Shown one piece after another: positions 17,287 to 24,967 of a stretch of 32,000 bases of DNA. Below the pieces are notes generated by a model. The model was not told where the DNA came from. It made no database searches and was given only the letters and a program-made list of their open reading frames with translations. The position numbers were made by a program, and so were the translations under genes. Position 1 is the first letter of the stretch. Each line of letters begins with the position of its first letter. The DNA is from Bacillota bacterium (GTDB lineage Bacteria > Bacillota > Clostridia > DSM-8532): positions 110,402 through 142,401 of the forward strand of contig JAEZTB010000042.1 in assembly GCA_023443745.1 (NCBI GenBank), in the 5' to 3' direction.

Positions 17287-17305
17287 GGACGGGTTATCCC
17301 GTCCT
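17286..17305 (+). terminator. Hairpin after the recombinase gene (weak terminator)
   Basis: AGGACGGG-TTAT-CCCGTCCT followed by TTAAAATAAA. The U-tract is poor. Confidence 0.35.
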
Positions 17306-17339
17306 TAAAATAAATATTTAAGAAAGATGGTGACTCCAA

Positions 17340-17963
17340 ATGAAAATTATTGAAGAAACTTATAAGTGGAAACCCGGAGTAAAATTTTCACCCAATGTGC
17401 CTGATACGATAGTTATTCATCATGCTGGATCAAAAAGTTGTACAGCACAGGAAATCCACAGATGGCACCTAGATAGAGGATGGATAGGCTTTGCTTACCA
17501 TTACTTTATTAGAAAAGATGGAACAATCCATCATGGCCGTCAGGAAAATCAAAGAGGTGGCCATTTATTAGGTGCAGAGAACATAAACACCGTGGGAATT
17601 TGCTTGGAAGGTTGCTACACAGATTACATTGCAAAAGGGCAAGTACTGACCGAAAAAATAGTACCCGAATCCCAATTAAAAGCATTAATTGAGCTTTGCA
17701 TGGATATTAAATCTCGTTGGGCAATTAAGGCTATTAAGAAGCATTCAGATTATTCATCAGCTCAACAGGCAAAAAAAGACTGCCCTGGTCGTTACTTTCC
17801 ATGGGAACAGTTCACTCTTATGGTACATAACCCATTCCTGGCTTATCAAAAAATAATCCAAGAAAAATGTCACTTCTCAAATCCTGATGGAGTTTGGAAA
17901 GTACTTAATACCCACCCTTTTGCGGAGGCTTTGTATAAGCAATGGGTCGAAAGCTACAAGTAG
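17340..17963 (+). CDS. N-acetylmuramoyl-L-alanine amidase (Amidase_2/PGRP-type endolysin)
   Basis: Motifs TIVIHHAGS, GWIGFAYHYFI, NTVGICLEG and KKHSDY...KDCPG. Only 207 aa, with no recognisable cell-wall-binding repeat domain. Confidence 0.85.
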   Translation: MKIIEETYKWKPGVKFSPNVPDTIVIHHAGSKSCTAQEIHRWHLDRGWIGFAYHYFIRKDGTIHHGRQENQRGGHLLGAENINTVGICLEGCYTDYIAKGQVLTEKIVPESQLKALIELCMDIKSRWAIKAIKKHSDYSSAQQAKKDCPGRYFPWEQFTLMVHNPFLAYQKIIQEKCHFSNPDGVWKVLNTHPFAEALYKQWVESYK

Positions 17964-18008
17964 TTTAAATTGCTTGCACCCAGGCATTAAGGGAAGAAAG
18001 GACACATT

Positions 18009-18407
18009 ATGAAATTTCGCAAAATTCTATTTGGCAGCATCATTACGCTCTTTGCACTTATAATGATGAGTACCATGGCTTTTGCTGCTGATGCATTACC
18101 ATCTGATAATGTAGGCAGCTACATGACATGGGAATTTCTCGGTACAATTTCAGGTGCAACAGCAGCCGTGTTACTGATTGTACAATTCATCAAAGCTCCA
18201 TTGGATAAGATTTGGCGGATTCCAACACGATTCATTGTTTATATTTTTTCTTTTATCATCTTAATTTCCGTTGAATATTTTTCCGTAGGTAATATCTCAT
18301 ATAATCGGTTCGGCCTTATATTGCTTAATGCGATTATAGTCACTATTGCTGCCATGGGAGCTTACGAAGCTACATTTCATAAATTGGATATCAAAAAACA
18401 GACTTAG
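18009..18407 (+). CDS. Membrane protein with an N-terminal signal-peptide-like segment and 3 TM helices (putative holin or exclusion protein)
   Basis: MKFRKILFGSIITLFALIMMSTMAFA-ADA..., then three hydrophobic helices. GAAAGGA RBS. It is the last prophage gene before the junction. Confidence 0.5.
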   Translation: MKFRKILFGSIITLFALIMMSTMAFAADALPSDNVGSYMTWEFLGTISGATAAVLLIVQFIKAPLDKIWRIPTRFIVYIFSFIILISVEYFSVGNISYNRFGLILLNAIIVTIAAMGAYEATFHKLDIKKQT

Positions 18408-18430
18408 CTCAAAAAAATATGTTATAATAA

Positions 18431-18457
18431 AACCCTCGGAAAAATCCGGGGGTTTTT
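18431..18457 (+). terminator. Rho-independent terminator closing the prophage late/lysis transcript
   Basis: AACCCTCGG-AAAAAT-CCGGGGGTT with the run TTTTT. Confidence 0.7.
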
Positions 18458-18532
18458 GACTTTAAATCTGTGAACAAATTCAAAAAAAATTTGTCAAATT
18501 ACGTGCGAAAAATTGTCAAAAAATTTGCGAAG

Positions 18533-19060
18533 CTACACGTACGCTTCGATATAATCTATGGCGTAATCAGTCAGACAGTCTGTGCGATAACCGTCAAACT
18601 CAATCTTATTACCATCTTTATCAAAAACATAGCCACCGTAGCCGTGGGAGGTGAATTCCAATACATCGGAAGCCATCCAAAAGTCGTCATATCCACCACG
18701 CCTGTCAAGGGGAACGGCTATCGTTTCGAAATGATTGCATTCATGATCGGAGGCTAAATGCCATTTACCGACATAACCTACATTATAACCGGCTTCACGC
18801 ATTCTCCTGGCAATTGTATGCGCGTTAAGGGGAAGGGAAATGGCATTGCGATAGCAGCCTGTTTGCGTGGGATAAAGCCCTGTCTGGAGCATGGCCCTTG
18901 CAGGCCCGCATACAGGCTGAGGTGTAAAGGCATTAATAAAGTTTACACCCTCCTCAGCAAACTGATCCAGGTTGGGAGTAATATCCAGAGGTTGACCATT
19001 GCATCCAAGCGTATCATAGCGCTGTTGATCGGATAAGAAGACCAAAATATTCTGTTTCAT
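18533..19060 (-). pseudogene. Cys-type sulfatase, N-terminal 175 aa only (3' end removed by prophage insertion)
   Basis: MKQNILVFLSDQQRYDTLG..., CGPARA (C-x-P-x-R formylglycine motif) and GKWH. Typical sulfatases are about 450-500 aa. Similarity stops at ...DYAIDYIEAYV*, next to the AT-rich phage end. Confidence 0.8.
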
Positions 19061-19071
19061 CCTATTGCCTC

Positions 19072-19905
19072 CTACTCTTTAACTGCGCCGGCAGTCAGTC
19101 CTGAAATCATATACTTCTGAAGGAAGATGAACAATAGTAGTATAGGAATAGCCGCGCTGACAGCAGAAGCCATGACTCTGCCCCAATCATAATTGTACTC
19201 ACCCAGATAAGTCATTGCTATCCCTGAAGCAAGCGTACGCATGGTAGTCTTGTTAACTAGGGTAAGGCCCCAGAGAAAGTCCTCCCATGAAATTAAAAAT
19301 GAATAGAGGCCGACAGCAAGAATGCCCGGCTTGACCAATGGTAGAATGATTTGAAAAAGAGCCCTGGGCTTACTGCATCCATCAATAGAGGCAGCTTCCT
19401 CCAACGATTTCGGAATAGTATCAAAAAAGCCCTTTAATATCCAGACCGACATTGGCAACGCATTGGTGGAACAGGCCAGTACCAAAGCGGTGTAACTGTT
19501 AATGAGACCCATCTTGCTATACATATTGAATAGAGCAATCAAAAGCGTCATTGCAGGGAACATCTGAGTAGACAGGAATAACATTAAGAGAAACTTGTCT
19601 CCTTTAAATCTATACCTTGAAAACGCATATGCCGCAAATACTGCCAAAGCCATGGTAACAAGCGTGGTAACCCCGGATACAATAACATTGTTCTTATAGA
19701 ATACCACGAAATGTCCGTCACCCAGAATTCCTTTGTAATTTTCCAGGGTTACATGTTGCGGAAGAAGCTGCGGAGGCAGCCTTAAAATGGCTTCATTAGG
19801 CTTAACTGACGTTAAAATCATCCAATAGATCGGAAAGACAAAACATATTGTTATTGATAAAAGGCCAAGAAACATGAGCCATTTATTTGATTTTCCAGAT
19901 AGCAT
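19072..19905 (-). CDS. Carbohydrate ABC transporter permease (MalG-like)
   Basis: Six TM segments. EAA loop: LEEAASIDGCSKPRALFQIILPLVKPG. Confidence 0.9.
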   Translation of the reverse strand: MLSGKSNKWLMFLGLLSITICFVFPIYWMILTSVKPNEAILRLPPQLLPQHVTLENYKGILGDGHFVVFYKNNVIVSGVTTLVTMALAVFAAYAFSRYRFKGDKFLLMLFLSTQMFPAMTLLIALFNMYSKMGLINSYTALVLACSTNALPMSVWILKGFFDTIPKSLEEAASIDGCSKPRALFQIILPLVKPGILAVGLYSFLISWEDFLWGLTLVNKTTMRTLASGIAMTYLGEYNYDWGRVMASAVSAAIPILLLFIFLQKYMISGLTAGAVKE

Positions 19906-19919
19906 CCCACCCTACCCCC

Positions 19920-20798
19920 TTAATACTGTATCTCTTTTTTAGAAAGTATCTTGTTATATACTGTTGAAAAGATGATGAGAAACAAAAGCCAGCATACGCC
20001 TATTGCGGCACCCTTTCCCATATTAAAGCCTGTAAAAGCAGTTTCATAGGTATAGAGCGGGAGTGTTGTGCTTGCACGTACAGGCCCGCCTCCTGTCATC
20101 GTAAAGAACAGTACAAACATTTGGAAATTGGAAATGATGGATGTGAGCGTTACGGTTTTAATGACTGGCATGATGCAGGGTATGGTGATGACCTTAAACT
20201 TCTGCCAGGTGCTTGCACCATCAATAACAGCTGCTTCCTTAAGGTCTTCCGGTACTGTTTGAAGACCTGATAAGAGCATAATCATCATAAGAGGCATTTG
20301 TTTCCACACTGCAGCGACAATTACACCAAGCATTGCAGTCTTTGAGCTTCCAAGAATGCTGTAATCACCAAGCTGGAGAAGATAATTGGCAATACCGTAC
20401 TGAGGCTGGAATATGAACATCCAGGTCACGGCTACAACAAGCGAGGGAATAGTCCACGGAAGGAAGAGCAGACTGCGAAAAAGCTTTCTGCCCCTTATTT
20501 TGCTATTGTTAAGTAAAAGTGCAACTGCCAAACCGATAAAGAATTGTGTTGAAACGGTACCCAGTACATAGATCAATGTGCGTAAAAAGGTTTGTAAAAA
20601 CTCTTTATCGGTGAATACCGATTTGTAGTTGGCGAAATTATTCCAGACAATATTTTGGATATCCATAAGGCTATAGTGAAAAAAGCTCATGCCGATCACA
20701 ACGAAAACAGGAATAATAATGGTAAACGTCAGCATTGCTACTGCAGGAGTGAGCAGGCCGATCATAAACCAGTTGAATTTTCTCTTGCCGTTTGCCAT
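19920..20798 (-). CDS. Carbohydrate ABC transporter permease (MalF-like)
   Basis: EAA loop: LKEAAVIDGASTWQKFKVITIP. ATG 20798 lies 6 nt after GAGGTG. The GTG 20807 in the track overlaps the RBS. Confidence 0.9.
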   Translation of the reverse strand: MANGKRKFNWFMIGLLTPAVAMLTFTIIIPVFVVIGMSFFHYSLMDIQNIVWNNFANYKSVFTDKEFLQTFLRTLIYVLGTVSTQFFIGLAVALLLNNSKIRGRKLFRSLLFLPWTIPSLVVAVTWMFIFQPQYGIANYLLQLGDYSILGSSKTAMLGVIVAAVWKQMPLMMIMLLSGLQTVPEDLKEAAVIDGASTWQKFKVITIPCIMPVIKTVTLTSIISNFQMFVLFFTMTGGGPVRASTTLPLYTYETAFTGFNMGKGAAIGVCWLLFLIIFSTVYNKILSKKEIQY

Positions 20799-20816
20799 TT
20801 TAAACACCTCTGTCTT

Positions 20817-20847
20817 AAAAAAATGAGGAGGGGTAATTCCCCTCCCC
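20817..20847 (-). terminator. Intra-operon hairpin/attenuator after the binding-protein gene
   Basis: On the - strand: GGGGAGGGG-AATTA-CCCCTCC, then TCATTTTTTT. Confidence 0.45.
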
Positions 20848-20863
20848 GTAAAATTCTGGCTTT

Positions 20864-22207
20864 TTATTGGCCGTATATGGTCTTTATTGTAGCTTCAGTT
20901 TCTGCTAAAACTGTTTTAATATCTTCTTTTGCAACAACAATACGCTCTACCGCTTTTGTCATTTCGTTCATTGCATTGTCGAACATTGCACTGGTTGCAG
21001 GCAACGGACTCGCGGTTTCAGATTGTTTATTAAATACTTCCATGAAATAGTCCTCATTCATCTCAGGCAGAGCAGCAATAGATTTTCTTGCCGAAAGGAC
21101 TGCATTGGATTTGTGATATTTCAGCATAGCATCTTTACTAATGAGATACTCGCAGAGCTTTATAGCTGCTTCTTTCTTTTCGGACTTGGCATAAACAGCC
21201 AACTGATGCTCTGTATATACTGTTTCACTGCGGCCGGTCTTACCGGTAGGAATGATAGCTATGCCCATTTTTTTGTCAAATTCCTTATCCAAACCGCTGC
21301 TCTTTCTGTATGCACCACGTCCCATATCACCATCGAAAATGATGCCGATCTGACCGGCGGCAAAGAGACCTCTGAGATCCTTGATTTCTAGGCCCATGGG
21401 GATTACTTTTTCATCAACAAGGGTTTTAAGATATGTAAGGGCTTCAATGTTTCCTTCGTTGTTTATGACAACTTTGCCGTCCGCATCAACAAACCGGCCT
21501 CCAAAGGCATAAAGTACGCCATTTAGAACTGTACCGGTATGAGCAACCTTACCGGTAGGGATTCCTAAGCCATAAAGAGTATTACCCGATGCATCCTTGC
21601 CAAGCTTGGAAATTGCTCTGGCAGCCGCCGTCATCTCCTCCCATGTTGCAGGAGCTTTTTCGGGGTCAAGACCAGCTTTCGTGAAGAGTTCCTTATTGTA
21701 GTACATCGCGATAGGGTGAGGAGCCCAGGAAAGAGCCTTGACCTTACCATTATAGGTAGTGCCGGAGAGATAGCCGGGATAAATATCAGCCAGGACTTCT
21801 TTGGATGCCAATGTATCCAACTCCGCCAAGATGCCTGACCCGTTAAAAGCACTCATCATCTGTGAATTTCCCATAATGACATCTGCTGTATTTCCGGATG
21901 TACCGGCAATTAAAATCTGATCTTTATACTGATTAAAGGGAATGGCAATTGACTCAACCTTGATGCCTGGATTTGCTGCCATAAAATCATTTAAGAGCTC
22001 TTTAAATATTGCTGAGGTTGCTTCTTCAGCTTCCAGCCAGTTACTTATTGTAATTGTAACGTCTTTTGCAGGCTCAGGCGTGCTTGAGGTTTCTGCCGGA
22101 GCCGAGGAAGTTGGCGTTGCACTGTTTTCGGCAGGCTGGCTTCCGCATCCCGCTAAGGCCACTACAACCATAATTATAGCCAAAAGTAAGCTTAAAAACT
22201 TTTTCAT
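20864..22207 (-). CDS. ABC transporter extracellular solute-binding lipoprotein (sugar family 1)
   Basis: Lipobox LAGC in MKKFLSLLLAIIMVVVALAGCGS, followed by a Ser/Thr/Pro linker. 447 aa with an AGGAGG RBS. Confidence 0.9.
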   Translation of the reverse strand: MKKFLSLLLAIIMVVVALAGCGSQPAENSATPTSSAPAETSSTPEPAKDVTITISNWLEAEEATSAIFKELLNDFMAANPGIKVESIAIPFNQYKDQILIAGTSGNTADVIMGNSQMMSAFNGSGILAELDTLASKEVLADIYPGYLSGTTYNGKVKALSWAPHPIAMYYNKELFTKAGLDPEKAPATWEEMTAAARAISKLGKDASGNTLYGLGIPTGKVAHTGTVLNGVLYAFGGRFVDADGKVVINNEGNIEALTYLKTLVDEKVIPMGLEIKDLRGLFAAGQIGIIFDGDMGRGAYRKSSGLDKEFDKKMGIAIIPTGKTGRSETVYTEHQLAVYAKSEKKEAAIKLCEYLISKDAMLKYHKSNAVLSARKSIAALPEMNEDYFMEVFNKQSETASPLPATSAMFDNAMNEMTKAVERIVVAKEDIKTVLAETEATIKTIYGQ

Positions 22208-22288
22208 GGTAATCCTCCTTTAATGATATAAATCTTTTGAACATGAGGCTTTTTGTGATCACACTAATGATTATAAATGACAGTAATA

Positions 22289-22326
22289 TGAAAAAATAGG
22301 ACATTAAATTCACTTTGCGTCCTATT
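22289..22326 (-). terminator. Terminator-like hairpin after the response regulator gene
   Basis: On the - strand: AATAGGAC-16 nt-GTCCTATT followed by TTTTTT. The loop is large. Confidence 0.45.
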
Positions 22327-22374
22327 TAATCAGTATTCTTTGTTTTTCAGAACAATTATTATCTATTTTGCCGG

Positions 22375-23082
22375 TTAACGCTCAGAACTCGGTGTTACGC
22401 CAAAATACTCTTTGTAGATATGAGTGAAGTGCTTGGTACTGTTATATCCTATCATTCTGCTTATATCAATGATGGAGAGGTCGGTATTTTGTATTAATTT
22501 GCGGCTTTTATCCATGCGAAGCTCAGTTAGGTAATCTATATATTTCTTGCCTGTCTGCTTTTTGAAAAGCGTAGAAAAGTAATTTGTATTCATATTGACT
22601 TCCCGGCTTACATCTTCAAGACTGATGTTTTTGTAAAAATTGTTTTCGATAAAGGATAGAGCCTTACTGATTGTATCCTGAGTTATCTTTGGCTGTGAGT
22701 TCTCTGTGGGAGCATCAGGGATATGCCACAAGGCATTCAGGCGTTGGATTAATTCAAAGCGGTTTATTGGCTTCAGGATATAATCGTGCACCCCATACTT
22801 GATAGCAGTTCGGGCATATTCAAACTCACTGTATGCACTTATAATGATAAACTGTGTCTTTAGATCACTGTTGTGAGCCTTTTGGATCATCTCCAGCCCG
22901 TTCATGAAGGGCATTTTAATATCTGTTATGGCAATGTCGGGACAAAAGGAAACTAAATTCTGATAGCCTTCCCTGCCATTCTCACATTCTTCAATCAATA
23001 AATCGGCGTAGGTCTTTTCTAAAATTTTGCGTATCCCTTGTCTGATAATACCTTCGTCATCACATATTAATAGCTTTTTCAT
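22375..23082 (-). CDS. Two-component response regulator, CheY receiver + AraC-type HTH (YesN-like)
   Basis: MKKLLICDDEGIIRQG...DIAITDIKMPFMNG (receiver domain) and a C-terminal AraC HTH (ISRMIGYNSTKHFTHIYKEYFGVTP). ATG 23082 lies 8 nt after GAGGAG. Confidence 0.9.
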   Translation of the reverse strand: MKKLLICDDEGIIRQGIRKILEKTYADLLIEECENGREGYQNLVSFCPDIAITDIKMPFMNGLEMIQKAHNSDLKTQFIIISAYSEFEYARTAIKYGVHDYILKPINRFELIQRLNALWHIPDAPTENSQPKITQDTISKALSFIENNFYKNISLEDVSREVNMNTNYFSTLFKKQTGKKYIDYLTELRMDKSRKLIQNTDLSIIDISRMIGYNSTKHFTHIYKEYFGVTPSSER

Positions 23083-23102
23083 CGGTATCACTCCTCACCA
23101 AT

Positions 23103-24794
23103 TTATTGAATCGGTATTTTTATGGATGTAATTGTACCAAAACCTGAGCGTGACCTAATCCGGAAACAACCTTTCTCTCCATAAGTCAGGCGCAGCCTTC
23201 GACTTAAGTTTCTCAGGGCGAAGCAGTCCATGGTTTCATCATTATTATCAGATTTAAGAAGCTCGTGAATGCGATGAATTCTATCTTTTGATATGGCCTC
23301 GCCATCATTATAGACATGTATGATAAGAAATTTTTTGGTTTTTCGGGCCGTAATCAACAAATGACAATGACCCTGGGGTATATTTTCAAAGCCATGCTTG
23401 ACGGCATTTTCAACAAGAGGCTGTAAGCAGAGCCGAGGCAATGACTGTAATAAACAATTGTCGGATATGCGGTAAGATATCTCAAATTTCTCTGGTGCTC
23501 TTATTTTCTGAATAGTCACATAATTCTTAACATTTTCCAGCTCCTCGGACAGCTTAACCTTCGTATCAGGGTTCATGGCATATCGCATCATTGCCGAAAA
23601 GGCATGTGTGATTTCAACAATTTCATAATTATCGCGAATAACGGCCAGCATTGATATACTTTCAAGCGTATTGTATACAAAATGAGGATTGATTTGGCTT
23701 TGAAGTGCTTGTATTCGTGCATGCTGGTTTTCTATCTGGGAAAGGTAATTTTTTTCAATCAATAATTTCATATCTCTTGCCATGGTATTAAGACTTTTGG
23801 AAAGATCTCCTATTTCATCGTTATGACGGTCTGAGACAGCTACCTCCAGATTGCCTGCTGCAATTTCCTTTGTTGCATTGCGAAGCTTAATAATCCTTTT
23901 GGCAAACCAATCTGTGAACATCTTGTCAATAAAGTAAAGAAAAAACAATACAGCAACCAGTCCTGCAGTAAAATATAGATAAGCAATACTAGAGTCTTTT
24001 TGAATCTCTTTGAGCGGAAGCCGGTATTCTACTTGAAGGCCGAGTGCTTTCCCATAGACTGAAAAATAGTTTTTATTTGGAATGTAATGATCAGAAGCTA
24101 TTAATTCATCTCCAAGTAGAACGGCGTTGGCATTATCATTGATGAGGGTCTTAAAAATATCGTAAACTTTATTTCTATCCAGCTCCACATACGATATACC
24201 TATTACCTTTCCGTTCTGCATGTCGAAAATGGTATTGGCCAGCACGATAACCGGCTCTCCTTTCTCAAGGCTTTTCCCTGTACCAAAATAAAAGGGAGCT
24301 TCGCCTGTTAAAAGGCCTTTAAACCATTCTGCGTCAGAATAGGCCAAATAAAGATCCAAATCCATAAAATCCTTGGAAAAGGTTTTACTTGAATCGCTCA
24401 GGTATAAGGACAAATTCACAGTGCGCATGTCCGAGGAATAAATATTGGCCAGCCTGTTACGCATGAAGTCCCTCGTATCGAGCCTGGCTTTGTAATTTTC
24501 AACAGTATAGTTCCTTATGGCCTTCTGTACATTGATATCTGTTGAAAGAGAAAAGATTCCTTCCTTCGCACGAGAAACCCAAAGATCCATTTCTTCGACT
24601 GTTTTATCCAAAGCTATTTGTGCCTGTGTTTTGGCGTTGTCAACCGTAACATTGAAAAAGATAATAGAAGTAACGGTAAATATAATAATTAGAGGAATTA
24701 CAGCCACAATCCAATGGGAGAGTGTCAGCTTGGTATGAATTGAAAAATCACTAATACGAAAGCGAAATTTTTCCATTGACCGGCCCTTCATCAT
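23103..24794 (-). CDS. Sensor histidine kinase (YesM-like: 2 TM, HAMP, His_kinase, HATPase)
   Basis: HAMP region (KRIIKLRNATKEIAAGNL...), QINPHFVYNTLESI H-box, and LQPLVENAVKHGF N-box. The start is uncertain (ATG 24794, 24791 or 24776; GTG 24800 overlaps the RBS). Confidence 0.85.
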   Translation of the reverse strand: MMKGRSMEKFRFRISDFSIHTKLTLSHWIVAVIPLIIIFTVTSIIFFNVTVDNAKTQAQIALDKTVEEMDLWVSRAKEGIFSLSTDINVQKAIRNYTVENYKARLDTRDFMRNRLANIYSSDMRTVNLSLYLSDSSKTFSKDFMDLDLYLAYSDAEWFKGLLTGEAPFYFGTGKSLEKGEPVIVLANTIFDMQNGKVIGISYVELDRNKVYDIFKTLINDNANAVLLGDELIASDHYIPNKNYFSVYGKALGLQVEYRLPLKEIQKDSSIAYLYFTAGLVAVLFFLYFIDKMFTDWFAKRIIKLRNATKEIAAGNLEVAVSDRHNDEIGDLSKSLNTMARDMKLLIEKNYLSQIENQHARIQALQSQINPHFVYNTLESISMLAVIRDNYEIVEITHAFSAMMRYAMNPDTKVKLSEELENVKNYVTIQKIRAPEKFEISYRISDNCLLQSLPRLCLQPLVENAVKHGFENIPQGHCHLLITARKTKKFLIIHVYNDGEAISKDRIHRIHELLKSDNNDETMDCFALRNLSRRLRLTYGEKGCFRIRSRSGFGTITSIKIPIQ

Positions 24795-24894
24795 GAACAC
24801 CTCAATGGTCCAGTTTTCATCAGTATATTATAGATAGAAAATTAATTCAAAGATAAGTTTTTTGGCAATATGATTTGAAAGTTAGGAGCATTTA

Positions 24895-24933
24895 TCAAAA
24901 AAGCTGCCCCGTATTCTAACGAGGCAGCTTTTT
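24895..24933 (-). terminator. rpoBC operon terminator (bidirectional-looking hairpin)
   Basis: On the - strand: AAAAAGCTGCCTCG-loop-CGGGGCAGCTTTTTT, 35 nt after the rpoC stop. Confidence 0.7.
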
Positions 24934-24967
24934 CATGATACTTATACCATTTTGTTTAGTCTACTGA

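Larger units (their letters stand above)
1..18535 (+). mobile_element. Prophage, late/structural half plus recombinase and lysis genes (left end lies outside the window). PBSX/Xkd-like myovirus-type tail module.
   Basis: Uninterrupted co-oriented block of head, neck, contractile tail, baseplate, fibre, recombinase and amidase genes with overlapping start/stop codons. It ends where a host sulfatase ORF is abruptly truncated at 18533. Confidence 0.85.

Noticed and set aside
1-18535. Diversity-generating retroelement or other fibre-diversification system
   Set aside because: There is no reverse transcriptase ORF, and I could see no template/variable repeat pair near the fibre gene in this window.
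18470-18757. 95-aa + strand ORF crossing the prophage/host junction
   Set aside because: It is antisense to the well-supported sulfatase fragment, starts in AT-rich att-region DNA downstream of a strong terminator, and has no RBS.
22074-22313. 79-aa - strand ORF overlapping the solute-binding protein start
   Set aside because: It is out of frame with, and overlaps, the well-supported lipoprotein CDS, and it spans the terminator hairpin of the upstream gene.
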